From the NCBI RefSeq assembly GCF_009914755.1, contig NC_060925.1: a DNA stretch of 64,000 nucleotides, one strand, 5' to 3'. Both the position numbers and the translations under genes were made by a program. Below, piece by piece: positions 1 to 19,004 of the stretch (the first letter of the stretch is position 1; each line of letters begins with the position of its first letter). Below the pieces are notes generated by a model. That model was not told the origin of the DNA. It was given only the letters and a program-made list of their open reading frames with translations, and did no database searches. The stretch comes from the human T2T-CHM13v2.0 reference genome, Homo sapiens.

Positions 1-2130
<2,130 letters not shown>

Positions 2131-2199
2131 CATAGACCAATTTATCCCATTCCTTTAAATTACTTGATAGTGTTCTCTGGAATACTCTTGAATATACCA

Positions 2200-2830
2200 T
2201 AATTTAGTTAGTAAAACATATTGATGGATTGCTGATAGTTCAGTTTCTTACTATTACAAGCAGTGATACACTAAGAATCCTGTTACAAATATGTCTTTCG
2301 AGTATGTGTTTCTGGAGAATAAATTTGATCAAATGATATATTAACTTAGCATCTTAATAAATTCAAAAAGATTGTTCTTATTTAAACATCAGCCTTCTTA
2401 CCTGTTTCCTTATGCTTTTAGGAAAACTAGGTATTATCAATTTTTATACTCTCTGTCAATGTAATTGGTAGATACGTTTCATTGTTTTAATTTGCATTTA
2501 AAAGATTCATGAAATGGGGTTTTCTATAACATTTTTATTTTAGTCATGTTTTACATATTGTGACCTGTACTGTGTCGATATCCTTAGCTCAGTTTTCTAT
2601 TGGATTTTTCTTTATTCTATTGATTAGTAAGATTGTGGTATATTAGTGAAAATAGCCATTTGTCAAATGTTGGAAATTTTTTTGCTTTTAAAAAATATAC
2701 ATACTCTATACCGTCATAGATTTTTTAAAATTATAGGTAGTCAGATTTTTAAATCTTTTTAATGGTAACTTGATTTTGTTCTTATGCTTAGGAATTCCTT
2801 TCCCTACAAGAGTATTATGAATTTGAAAGA
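2200..2830 (-). mobile_element. Degenerate ancient L1M (L1ME-like) fragment
   Basis: Motifs such as tttcattgttttaatttgcattt and cttatgcttaggaattcctttccctac resemble antisense L1 3' ORF2 sequence. Confidence 0.45.
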
Positions 2831-3162
2831 TTTTCTGTCATCAGTATTATTGTCTAATTTTTATTATAATCAAGATTTATAATATCTAGGAATGTTTATT
2901 TCCTTTTCTCTTTTTTGTTTTCATTGTGTTCCTAGATTTTGGTCTCTAATTTGGCATGTACAACATAATCAAATAGCCTGAAACCTTGGCACATTATTAG
3001 TTACTGTGGATCAGAATAGAGTATTAGATGGGATGATCTTGGATCCTGCTTAATTGAATACCAATTTATAAGTACCTATACTTGGTACCAATTTATAAGT
3101 GGGCCAACTATCAGTCCTTGTTTGCGTGACATAGTCTAAGTTTAACCTGTCTTCCAGAATAA

Positions 3163-3449
3163 TTTTTTTTTTTGAGATGAGGTCTCACTCTGTCACTCAG
3201 GCTGGAGTGCAGTGGCACAATCTTGGCTCACTGCAACTGTGGCCTCCCAGGCTCAAGTGATCCTCCCATCTCAGCCTCCTGAGTAGCTGGGACTATAGGA
3301 GTACGCCACCATGCCCAGCTAATTTTTTGTAATTTTGATAGAAACAGGGTTTTACCATGTTGCCCAGGCTGGTCTCAAACCCCTGAGCTCAGGCCCTCCT
3401 TGGCCTCCCAAAGTGCTGGGATTACAGGCCTGAGCCACTGCACTTGACC
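3163..3449 (-). mobile_element. AluJ-type SINE
   Basis: T-tail followed by gagatgaggtctcactctg...cccaaagtgctgggattacagg; flanking repeat agaataattt. Confidence 0.92.
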
Positions 3450-4429
3450 AAGAATAATTTTTAATAGTCCTCTTTCACTATAAAAAGTGCCTCAGTTTAA
3501 ATAAAAAATTATAAATGTTATAAAAGATAGTTGTTTACATGGGATAGTTCCTCAGGGTATTGTAACACTAAAGCTTTAGTTGTTTCTATTTATATCATTC
3601 AGTTGTTTCTATTTACATTACTTCTATAGTAGTAATATTTCATTTGCTTTAACTTTTAAAATATCTGTTATTTTCATGATGAACTTATTACAAGCTTCAT
3701 ACAGTTGCTTATGTGAGGTATTTCTAGAACAGTCATGCTAGTGTGTACTCTCTTTGCCTTCATTTTAATTAACAGAATGATGTTCACTTTTTGCATTAAA
3801 TGTCCCTTATAATTCTTATTTACCTAGTATTGCTTTAAAGATGATGAAACATTTGTCTCTGTATGTGGACATATTTTGGTTATATTTTACTAAATGTGTC
3901 ATCAAATCTTTTTTGTATGGCTGTGACCTAATGTTTTAACCTGGCCAAATAAACCATTACTTATTACATTAATGTTTTCTGATGTTGCATATACTTGGAT
4001 CATTGGATTTTGTGGTATGCTAAGTAATACTACTGTTCTTAACACAGATCCCCGTGGGAGCCACTAAATGCCAATCCCTCTTATACTGTCACAGTGTTGA
4101 TAAAACTTTGGTACTTGTTATCTGCCAGATAGATTTTCAGCTATCTTATTTTATTCCGATAGTACTTCTCCAGCCTTTTCTTATGTAGTACTGTGTCAAA
4201 GACTATTTTATAATAGGTACATTGTGTCTATTGTTCTTTCTTTCCTTTCTCTACTACCTCTGCTACTGCTTAAAAGGTTTATAGAGTTTAGTATTGGTCG
4301 TTTTCACCACCGATTATAAACTGTAAATCAACCCATATTGTTTCTTAAACTATTATTTTACATTTTGAGGTGTTTGTAAAATTGCCATATAAAAAGGCCA
4401 GTTTCAATTTTCCTTTAGTTAAAAATACC

Positions 4430-4461
<32 letters not shown>

Positions 4462-4857
4462 ATCTTAAGAAACCTAACTTTTTTTTTTTTTTTTTTACAT
4501 TTCCGGTTGTTTGTGTGTTTATATCATAATATGTATGTTTCTCAGTGTTATATTTAGGTATATATGTTTGGCCCTTAATTTTTATGTTTGTTGGTCCCAT
4601 TAATAAAATTTGAGAATATCTGGTGAGTAGAACACCATATGGGAATTTCCAGTTGTGCTACCATTAGCCTTTAAACATTAGTCTTTGGATACAGCTATTT
4701 ATTTATATTTTCAATTTCATGTTATGTAAACTGTATATGAGATTTTCATAAAAGTTTGTTCTTTTAAAATATCTAGGCACTGAAGATAAATTAATGAAAT
4801 TCTTACTGTTATTTTTGCAATGCATGTAATAATATGAAGAGAAGCTGGTTTTATTAG

Positions 4858-5040
<183 letters not shown>

Positions 5041-6124
5041 TAAAATTTTATTTTTCATACTGAAAATTCTATATTTACATAGTTGATGTTAATTTGTTGT
5101 ATTAAAATCTGTGTGTTAAAATAGGTTTTAAAGGATTAATATTAAAATCTATCTTAATATCTTAATATTGTTTAAAAACTTAAAAATTAAAATATAATTT
5201 ATAGATACTCTTTATGTTTGGCTAGGTCTTCCCCCCAAGTATGGTTTTATTTAACTTGCTTTTAGAAGATGTCTTTGTCTTATTATTTCACTCAGACCGT
5301 ATTATTTGTCTTATTATTTCACATCATTTAGCACAGTCAATTTTATGCTATATTGCCAATGCATTTAAATGTCTACTGTTAAAGGGTTATGTTTTTTTAA
5401 AACCAAGTCTATTACCACTAAAATGGGCTGTATAGTTTAGAATTTCTCATTTTACGCTGATTGTTAACTGACACAGCTTGTTTCATTCTTTCTGACTAAA
5501 AGTATTACTTTAAATTTTGGCGTATTTTATGTGGAATTACAAAAAAAGTACTCTGTTTATATTTATTATATTAAGTACTTTTTATATTTATGATACATTT
5601 TTTAAAATGGTAATTATGACTATCATATGTTGGTGTAATGAAAAAATCCTGCCAACAAAATACTTCCCCATATTAGTATAGACATAGAAATTCAATTTAT
5701 TGTTGAATATGCACTCAGATTACATGCATGCGGGTAGTCCAGGGGAGACTACAAAGTCTGGGCGGAATTTCACAGTTCAGTAGAAGAAAGAATAATTTAA
5801 ACCTCTTTTATCCTTTCAAGAGAAAAGTGGATGCTCCTTATGATAGTCTGTATGCATCTTGAGAGTTTCCTTAGTTGTAATTTAGGAAATATGTATTTAC
5901 AGTTCCAACGGTTGGAATACTGATGATTTTTCATTGTAAAATCTGGAGATTAGGTTTATCAAATTTGGACCAAAGTATTGGGCCTGTTATTGTTTTTAAG
6001 GAGATAAACCCTGAATGGCCAGCTGCTTCTCCTTTTTAAGCAAAGAAAATTTCATTTTATGTATCCTTACACATATCACATAAAATGAACACATTTCAGA
6101 GAACTTATTTAACTCATTAATGAA

Positions 6125-6704
6125 TGTCAACATAAAATAATCAAAAGGGTCAGAATCTAATTTAAAGGTAATTTATTCAATAGCAAAATATGAGCATGGA
6201 CCACCCAGAAACACCACCTCTAAAGGAATGCAGTCAGTGGTCCAAAGTAGGGAAGTTAAGATTTCATTTATATAGGCAGAGGCACAGGAGTTTTTAGCAG
6301 GATTATGACATTATTCATACAGGGCTGGTGCATAGTTACAGCAGTTTGGTTGGTTATAGGCAGTGCTTTTTTCGGCGGGGGGATGTTAAAAATTTTTTTT
6401 AACTTTTTTTATAGAGGGTACAATAATCGTAGGTTTTCTGTTATCTGGTCTAAGTGAAGCAGAATGACAAAAGGGATGTTAACCTATAACAAGGGTCATT
6501 AATGAAGAAGGCAGGAGGTTTTGGTCCTTGACATCATTTAATTCTCTCTAGTTATCGTACAAAACAAGAAAAATGTGATTTAATGTATAATCCAAGAACA
6601 GAAGTTGTAACCATATGTGACTCAGATAACAGTCACGTCTCTCTCAAGACTTAAAGTGTTGTTGTTTTTTTTTATTCCAACAGCTTTTAGGTTTTATTTT
6701 CACA
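6125..6704 (-). mobile_element. ERV1 (MER4-group-like) solo LTR
   Basis: TG...CA termini (tgtcaacataaaataatcaaaagggtcagaatc ... ttttcaca); near-TSD tgaa/tgga; subfamily not resolved. Confidence 0.65.
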
Positions 6705-7214
6705 TGGAGCACCAATAAGGTATTAGAGCCAATCAAAATAAGGATTTGATTTAGAGATTTATTTTCTTTACCTGGCAATTCATTTGCACTACCATGAATG
6801 GGAGTCATTTGCATAGCTATGGACAGTAAACTTTGCATTGCCATTATGTTATATATGTTGAGAGTTGTAAACTAGCCTAGTCAAAGACAAAGGCACACAC
6901 TTCTATGTTGTCACCCAATTCCCAGATGTTCCAGCCATTCTATTGAAATGATGTTCAGTTATCATTTTGTCCATTTCAAAAATCTTACACAATTTTACCC
7001 CACATTATATCCAGAATCTAACTTACTCATTTGCAAGCATTGTCCACCTAAATGTACCTCATATGTTTTTATCTGTTTTATTTAGGGTTACTCTCTTCCT
7101 TTAAGATGAACAGTTCTCTTTTTAGATGGTCCTGAGTTAGGACAGTTTCAATGTGGGATGGAGAGCGGCAGGAAGTGAGATGGGAGAGTGTGTTCTAGTT
7201 AGAGGCAGATGACT

Positions 7215-7870
7215 TTTTCAGTCTCAGACCAGGCTGGGAAACAGGAAGCATGCTAAACTTTTTAAACAGAAGCATTTTAATGCAGATAATTGGCTTACAA
7301 TGTGTTAGAAGGTTGAGAGAGCAGAAAGGAGATATTATGATTGGAGTAACCCAAGTAGTAGGAAACAGCTATGGCCTATGGGACTGGAGAAATAAAATGA
7401 AAGAAGTATTGTTACCAGAGTCTAGGAACTCAGAGGAGGTCTGAGGAGCTGATGCAGGGATCTCTGAAGAGGGCTGCATCCTGGTTGCTTAGAATTATGA
7501 GGATCCTCATAGCAGCTAGTGTTTAGAAAGAACTGTCAGGGCAGGGGACAACTGTTTAGTTCCACACTTCTGAAGAGATACCCAGATCTTGGAGCAGGTG
7601 GGGAGGACCACATCATTGGTGCTGGTACTTGTTAGCCTGGCTAGTATTAGTATTTTTCAGGAGTTAACGATATAGCTGGTGCTGGCAATGGAATTCCTTC
7701 TTCCATTCTTCTGCCTTCCAACTGTACATCACTATTACTCATGGGCAGAACCTAACCTGAAAGCCAGTGGGCAAGGGAGTTTGGGATATGTAGTCTGCAG
7801 ATTCTCAGCCCTTACATCTTTGAGCAGAATACAGAAGGGTGGACTTGTAGCTGATAGGCAGTGGGTAAAT
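7215..7870. mobile_element. Ancient ERVL/MaLR-class LTR relic (LTR33/LTR78-like)
   Basis: Motif ggcagaacctaacctgaaagccagtgggcaagggagtttgggatatgtagt is typical of old ERVL LTRs. Confidence 0.45.
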
Positions 7871-9749
7871 GACTACAAAAGGGTAAAAGCTGGGCCTAAT
7901 TCTCATTTACCCATTTATCTGGTCCAATTGAATTAGGCTTTCCTGATACCCAATGTTTTTAGATAGAGATTTATTTATTAGGAGCACTGATAAGAAAAAA
8001 AACAGCACCAACAACTTGTCCTAATCTTCTTCATCTTTGGTCTGAAAGTGTACTTTTATGGTCCAACCATGTGGATGTGATTGATAGTATTGGATGTAAT
8101 GGTAGCGTATGCATTGATACCACAGCTTGGCTGCTACTGTTACGTGGTTTCTTCCTTTCCCACTTCAAGTTATTTGCTGGGGGAAGGCTTAGGAATTTAC
8201 ATGGACCTCCATGCATCATAGAAATAAGCAACGTGTCTCCTGCGGCAGCTCTACTCTCTGGACAGAGTTTATTTGTCCCTGATTCTCTGGTGAAGAACAG
8301 GGGCATAGTCTTCCGTTGTGGCCACTTCATAAAACAAGGACTCCCTTCTTACTGGCTCTCACATTACTGAGAATTGGGTGCTTACTTTTTACGGGCCCAA
8401 CACATTCTTTCTAGTATAGCAAAATACACAACACCTAAAACTAATACCTTATACTCCAATTGAAATTAATCAGCAAAACAGCTCCTAGATATCAATATAT
8501 AGGTATTGTAGAAACTAATTTTCTTTGGATAAGATGTTTCTTCTTGTCCGTAATTTACTCCCAAAGGCAAAATAATTTCAACTTGATAAGATCTATCGGA
8601 GGGGAATATAATTTAATGGGAAAAATACATTACGCTTAAACTCAGAACTGAATTAGACTTCCAGTTGTAGTGCTAACTTGATAGGTAGCTTGCACAAGTT
8701 ATTTAACATTTTTAGGTTCCATTTTTCCAGTGAAGCTTTTATAAACCTGCTCATGTATGCATGCTTTGTCTTTCAGAAGTGGAATAATGTTTGCAAAGTT
8801 TTTTTGTGTGTTTTGTTTTTCTTTTTCCTAGCCCTTAGATTGAGAAAATACCTTAATTTTTATTGTCTTTTTATGGTTTGGGATTATATCACCATTCTTG
8901 AGGAATTTACAATAACAGTCTGGGCTGTTTCATTTAAGAGAATATGTACAAACATCTCACTTTCTTGATTCTTAGATGAAATTTAGTTAAAAGTCGACAT
9001 GCTTATTGGGAGATATGGCAAGGTGAGAATGTTTGGGAAAGGAAGTAGAGACAGACATTGGATTTTTGTCAGTCAAGTTTCTTTTGATTTTAAATTATTT
9101 ATTCATTACATTTTCTACATGGCAGTTAATATTCTAAAACTATAAACAAAATTTAATATAGAAAAAATATTATGCTTTTCTTTTTTGCCTTTGCATGCTC
9201 TTATTTCAAAATAGATTTAAAATTCATGGCATATTATACTAGAAAACAAGTCTGTCAATGATCTAAGCTTCTATCTTTAGATACTAGGAAAAAAGAGAAA
9301 AACCCAAAGCAAGCAGAAGCAAGGAAATAAGAACAGAAATAAATGGAATTGAGAAGAACACTTCAGAAAATCAGTCAAACTGAAGCTGATTTTTATAAAG
9401 ATTAATATGTTTGATAAAGATAACCATCTAACTAGACTGACCAAGAAAAACAAGGGAGAGAGAGAACACAGATACAAGAATCAAAGAGGCTACATCATTA
9501 CAAATCACTACAGACATTACAAGGATATAAAATAATATTATAAGCAACTCACTGTCTATAAATTTAGAAGCTTAGGTGAAATCGACAAACACTTGAAAGT
9601 CATAAATTGCCAAAGCTTACTTGAAATAAATAACCTGAATACTCCTGTATTAGTTGACAAAATTGAATTCATAGTTTAAAAGTTTTCAATAGAGAAAATT
9701 TGAGGCCAAAATGGCAAATTCTACCAAATATTTAAGAAAAAAATAATAA

Positions 9750-10035
9750 GACTGGGCACAGTGGCTCATGCCTGTAATCCCAGCACTTCAGGAGGCTGAG
9801 GCGAGCCGATCACTTGAGGTAATGAGTTTGAGACCAGCCTAGCCAACATAATGAAACCCTATCTCTACTAAAAATATCAAAAAAATTAGCCAGGCATGGT
9901 GGTGTGCACCTGTAATCTCAGCTACTCGGGAGGCTGAGGCACAAGAATTGCCTGAGCCTAGGAGGCAGAGGTTGCAGTGAGCTCAGATTGTACCACTGCA
10001 CTCCAGCCAGTGACAGAGCAAAACTCTGTCAGAAA
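9750..10035 (+). mobile_element. AluS-type SINE
   Basis: Canonical Alu dimer sequence. Confidence 0.92.
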
Positions 10036-10240
10036 ATAAAGTAGAGTAAAGTAAAGTAAAGAAAAGGAAAGAAGGAAGGAGAGAAAGACAGAGAGAGATA
10101 GAGAAAGAGAGAAGGAAGGAGAGAGAGAAAGAAAAAGAAAGAAGGAAAGAAAGTGAAGGAAAGAAAGGAAGAAAGAAAGAGAAGGAAGGAAGGAAAGGAA
10201 AGAAGGAAGGAAGGAAGGGAAAGAAGGAAGGAAGGAAAAA
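10035..10240 (+). repeat. Purine-rich (GAAA/GGAA/GA)n low-complexity tract derived from the Alu tail
   Basis: About 200 bp almost exclusively A/G. Confidence 0.9.
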
Positions 10241-11970
10241 ATATATAAATTCTACATAAACTTTCCAGAATATATAAGTGAAGGCAATACTTTCCAGCTA
10301 ATTTATGTCATTTGCTTACCATGATATCAAAACCGGATGAAAATATTACAGAAAAGAAAATTGCAGACGAGTGTCCCTCATGGATATAGACTAAAAAAGC
10401 CTCAACAAGTCCTAGCATATCAAATCCAACAATATATAAATTTGAAAGGATAATGTTGCATGACTACGTGGGACGTATTTTGGGAATGCAAGGCTGCTTT
10501 GACATTTGAAAATAAATCAGTGTTATTCACTTATATCAATAGGCTAAAGAAGAAAAACCATATAATCATTTCAATAGATGCAGAAAAAGCATTTGACCCA
10601 ATTCAGCATTCATTCTTGATTTAAAAAAACCAAAAAACAAAAAAACCTCTGAGCAAGCTAGGAATACAAGGGACCTTTCTTAACCTGATAAAAGGTACCT
10701 ATGAAAAACCTGCAGCTAACATCTAACTTAAGAATGACAGATCCCAAAACTGGGAATAAGGTAGGGATATCTACTCTCATGACTCTTACTCAACTTAGTA
10801 CTAGAGGTCTTAGCAAGTGTAACAGGCAAGAAAAAGAAATAAAAGGCAAACAAGATTGGAAAGAAAAATATAACACTGTCTCTATTTGCAGAGATGTGAT
10901 TGTCTGTGTAGAAAACCCCAAGGAATCTACAAAACAAACAAACAAAACTCCTAGATCTAATAAATGAGTTTTACAATGTTAAAAGATACAAGATCAATAT
11001 GTGCACATCAGTTTCATTTCTATACACTGGCAGTGAAAAATTGGAAATAGAAATTTTGAAACAAAAAAGCACCATAAAGGAAAACCATGAAATATATAGA
11101 AATCTAACAAATTGTGAGCTAAATATATACTTTGACATACTAGAAAACAGTAATCAAAGACATCAAAGAAGACAGAAATAAATGAAGATGCTATGTTCAT
11201 GGAATGAAAAAATCTCAATATTATTAAGATTTCAGTCATTCCCAAACTAATCTTAAAATTAGTGCATTTCCAATAAAAATCTCAGCAGATTTTTTGGTAG
11301 CAACCAACAAGCTGATTTTAAAATTTATATAGGAAGCAGAGTAACTAGAATAGCCAAAACAATTTTGAAAGTGAAGAACACAATGGAAAGGCATATTACC
11401 TGATTTCTAGGTTTACTGTAGCACTACAGTAGTCAAAAGAGTATTGATACAAGGATAGACACTGAGATTAGTGGCATAGAAAAGAGAGTTCAGAAATAGA
11501 GCCACGCAATCTAAACAGACATTTTCTAAAGAAGACATACAAATGGCCAAGTAGCACATAAAAAGATGCTCAATATCATTAACCATCAGGGAAATGCCAA
11601 TCAAAGCTACAGTGAGATACCACTTCATACCCACTACGATGTCAATCATTACAAAGACAGATAATAACAAGTGTTGGCAAGAATGTGGAGACATTGAAAG
11701 CGTAGCATAGCAACTGCAACTCTCTCTTTTTTTTTTTTTTTAAGATTTTATTATTATTATTTTTTATTATACTTTAAGTTTTAGGGTACATGTGCACATT
11801 GTGCAGGTTAGTTACATATGTATACATGTGCCATGCTGGTGCGCTGCACCCACTAACTCATCATCTAGCATTAGGTATATCTCCCAATGCTATCCCTCCC
11901 CCCTCCCCCCACCCCACAACAGTCCCCAGAGTGTGATATTCCCCTTCCTGTGTCCATGTGATCTCATTGT

Positions 11971-15822
<3,852 letters not shown>

Positions 15823-15861
15823 TCATTAGTTGATGCAGTTTCTTCCTAGTCTCGATGGTCT

Positions 15862-16878
15862 TTACATTTTGGCATGATTTTGCAGCGGCTGGTACCGGTT
15901 GTTCCTTTCCATGTTTAGCGCTTCCTTCAGGAGCTCTTTTAGGGCAGGCCTGGTGGTGACAAAATCTGTCAGCATTTGCTTGTCTGTAAAGTATTTTATT
16001 TCTCCTTCACTTATGAAGCTTAGTTTGGCTGGATATGAAATTCTGGGTTGAAAATTCTTTTCTTTAAGAATGTTGAATATTGGCCCCCACTCTCTTCTGG
16101 CTTGTAGGGTTTCTGCCGAGAGATCCGCTGTTAGTCTGATGGGCTTCCCTTTGAGGGTAACCCGACCTTTCTCTCTGGCTGCCCTTAACATTTTTTCCTT
16201 CATTTCAACTTTGGTGAATCTGACAATTATGTGTCTTGGAGTTGCTCTTCTCGAGGAGTATCTTTGTGGCGTTCTCTGTATTTCCTGAATCTGAACGTTG
16301 GCCTGCCTTGCTAGATTGGGGAAGTTCTCCTGGATAATATCCTGCAGAGTGTTTTCCAACTTGGTTCCATTGTCCCCATCACTTTCAGGTACACCAATCA
16401 GACGTAGATTTGGTCTTTTCACATAGTCCCATATTTCTTGGAGGCTTTGCTCATTTCTTTTTATTCTTTTTTCTCTAAACTTCCCTTCTCGCTTCATTTC
16501 ATTCATTTCATCTTCCATTGCTGATACCCTTTCTTCCAGTTGATCGCATCGGCTCCTGAGGCTTCTGCATTCTTCACGTAGTTCTCGAGCCTTGGTTTTC
16601 AGCTCCATCAGCTCCTTTAAGCACTTCTCTGTATTGGTTATTCTAGTTATACATTCTTCTAAATTTTTTTCAAAGTTTTCAACTTCTTTGCCTTTGGTTT
16701 GAATGTCCTCCCGTAGCTCAGAGTAATTTGATCGTCTGAAGCCTTCTTCTCTCAGCTTGTCAAAGTCATTCTCCATCCAGCTTTGTTCCGTTGCTGGTGA
16801 GGAACTGCGTTCCTTTGGAGGAGGAGAGACACTCTGCGTTTTAGAGTTTCCAGTTTTTCTGTTCTGTTTTTTCCCCAT
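15862..16878 (-). CDS. L1 ORF1p (RNA-binding chaperone), 338 aa, uninterrupted
   Basis: MGKKQNRKTGNSK start; REKG, ARR and YPAKLS motifs intact. Confidence 0.97.
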   Translation of the reverse strand: MGKKQNRKTGNSKTQSVSPPPKERSSSPATEQSWMENDFDKLREEGFRRSNYSELREDIQTKGKEVENFEKNLEECITRITNTEKCLKELMELKTKARELREECRSLRSRCDQLEERVSAMEDEMNEMKREGKFREKRIKRNEQSLQEIWDYVKRPNLRLIGVPESDGDNGTKLENTLQDIIQENFPNLARQANVQIQEIQRTPQRYSSRRATPRHIIVRFTKVEMKEKMLRAAREKGRVTLKGKPIRLTADLSAETLQARREWGPIFNILKEKNFQPRISYPAKLSFISEGEIKYFTDKQMLTDFVTTRPALKELLKEALNMERNNRYQPLQNHAKM

Positions 16879-17783
16879 CTTTGTGGTTTTATGTACTTTT
16901 GGTCTTTGATGATGGTGATGTACAGATGGGTTTTCGGTGTGGATGTCCTTTCTGTTTGTTAGTTTTCCTTCTAACAGACAGGACCCTCAGCTGCAGGTCT
17001 GTTGGAATACCCTGCGATGTGAGGTGTCAGTGTGCCCCTGCTGGGGGGTGCCTCCCAGTTAGGCTGCTCGGGGGTCAGGGGTCAGGGACCCACTTGAGGA
17101 GGCAGTCTGCCCGTTCTCAGATCTCCAGCTGCGTGCTGGGAGAACCACTGCTCTCTTCAAAGCTGTCAGACAGGGACATTTAAGTCTGCAGAGGTTACTG
17201 CTGTCTTTTTGTTTGTCTGTGCCCTGCCCTCAGAGGTGGAGCCTACAGAGGCAGGCAGGCCTCCTTGAGCTGTGGTGGGCTCCACCCAGTTCGAGCTTCC
17301 CGGCTGCTTTGTTTACCTAAGCAAGCCTGGGCAATGGCGGGCGCCCCTCCCCCAGCCTCACTGCCGCCTTGCAGTTTGATCTCAGACTGCTGTGCTAGCA
17401 ATCAGCGAGATTCCGTTGGCGTAGGACCCTCCGAGCCAGGTGTGGGATATAATCTCGTGGTGCGCCGTTTTTTAAGCCGGTCTGGAAAGGGCAATATTCG
17501 GGTGGGAGTGACCCGATTTTCCAGGTGCGTCCGTCACCGCTTTCTTTGACTGGGAAAGGGAACTCCCTGACCCCTTGCGCTTCCCAAGTGAGGCAATGCC
17601 TCGCCCTGCTTCGGCTCGCGCACGGTGCGCGCACCCACTGGCCTGCACCCACTGTCTGGCACTCCCTAGTGAGATGAACCCGGTACCTCAGATAGAAATG
17701 CAGAAATCACCCGTCTTCTGCGTCGCTCATGCTGGGAGCTGTAGACCGGAGCTGTTCCTATTCGGCCATCTTGGCTCCTCCTC
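16879..17783. promoter_or_regulatory. L1 5'UTR bidirectional promoter (CpG-rich); YY1 site at 17764-17773; antisense promoter fires on the + strand
   Basis: ggccatcttg is the reverse complement of CAAGATGGCC; the only CpG-dense segment in the window; ASP is an established property of the primate L1 5'UTR. Confidence 0.8.
17334..17549 (+). CDS. L1 ORF0 (antisense 5'UTR ORF), 71 aa, intact
   Basis: gcaATGGCG start; MAGAPPPASLPPCSLISDCCASNQRDSVGVGPSEPGVGYNLVVRRFLSRSGKGNIRVGVTRFSRCVRHRFL*; internal donors CAG|gtgtgg (17439/40) and CAG|gtgcgt (17524/25). Confidence 0.9.
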   Translation: MAGAPPPASLPPCSLISDCCASNQRDSVGVGPSEPGVGYNLVVRRFLSRSGKGNIRVGVTRFSRCVRHRFL

Positions 17784-17798
17784 GCAACTGCAACTCTC

Positions 17799-18425
17799 AT
17801 ATGTTGCTGGTGGAAATACAAAATGGTGTAGCCATTTTGGAAAATAGCATGGTATTTTATAAAATTGAAGACCCTTCTTATACCACCCCAGCAATTCCAG
17901 TCCCACTGCTGTGTGTTTACCAAAGTGAAATTAAAACCTGTATGTGAATGTTTATGATAGCCTTGCTCATAATCACCCCAAACTGCAAACAACCCAAATG
18001 TCCGTCAAAAGTAAATGGATCAACCAACTGTGGTATATTCATTGTATGGAATGCTACTGAGCAATTAAAAGAATGAACTGATATACATTACAACTGATGG
18101 ATCTCAAGTGCATCATGTTAAGTGACCTATGCCAAAGTCAAGTGACTTAATACTATGTTATTCCATTTGTATGAAATTCTGGAAAAGTCAAAACTATCAT
18201 CATAGGAAGCATGTCAGTAGTTGTTAAGGACTGGTGGTATTGACTACAAGAGGGTCCAGGGAATTTGGGTATGGGGGGAATGAGGGAACTATCCTGTATC
18301 TTGGTTATGGTAGTGCTCACAAACCTATGTGCATTTGTCAAATCTCACAGAATTGTATACTAAAAATGTGAATTTTACTCTGTATAAATTGTGCCTTAAA
18401 TAAATGACAAAAAAGAAAAAAAAGC
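17799..18425 (+). mobile_element. Old L1M element, 3' end (continuation of 9190-11709)
   Basis: ctcatatgttgctggtggaaatacaaaatggtgtagccattttggaaaa... through aattttactctgtataaattgtgccttaaataaa and an A-tail. Confidence 0.8.
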
Positions 18426-19004
18426 CCTGAGTTTTAACTGCAGTAGGTGCTGAAGCAAGAATAGTGTCACTAAACCAAAAAAAAGGAAAAAAAGGAAAAA
18501 AAAAAGAAATTTATGTCTTATACATAGATGGCTATTTGAAGTGTGTTCTTTTCTCTTGTCAGAACAGTGCCTTCATTATACCTTGCATATCCATTTTTCT
18601 CTCTTTATTTTGTAATATTTATTATAGGTAACTCTGTCTTAACTAACTTCTCTCTTCTTATCCTGCAAAGTTATGTCAAGTGCACATGACCTCCTTAAAG
18701 TCACTGTTGTTTTAGAGACATCTCCTGCAGTTTCTAGAGTATAGTAGGTGCTCAATTCATATTTATTGACTGAATTTTTTGATGAAATATCTCTTACCAC
18801 TACAGATTTCTGTCCAATTTTATGAACATTTTATATATCTATATTTGGTAATTAATTATCTTGTCTTATATAGTGTTTTAAGAAATCTAAGTTGTAATAT
18901 TCTCTATTAGGTTATACATAGATTTATTTATCTTATATCTGGCTTCATCTTGAACCCTGGGAATGTTACTTGACTAATTTGTGTCTTGATCATGTCATGG
19001 TGAG

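Larger units (their letters stand above)
9190..11709 (+). mobile_element. Old L1M element, 5' part (decayed ORF2), interrupted by an Alu and by the young L1
   Basis: Degenerate ORF2 motifs (atcatttcaatagatgcagaaaaagcatttgac, [15 protein letters not shown]); continues at 17799 after the L1PA2 TSD. Confidence 0.85.
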
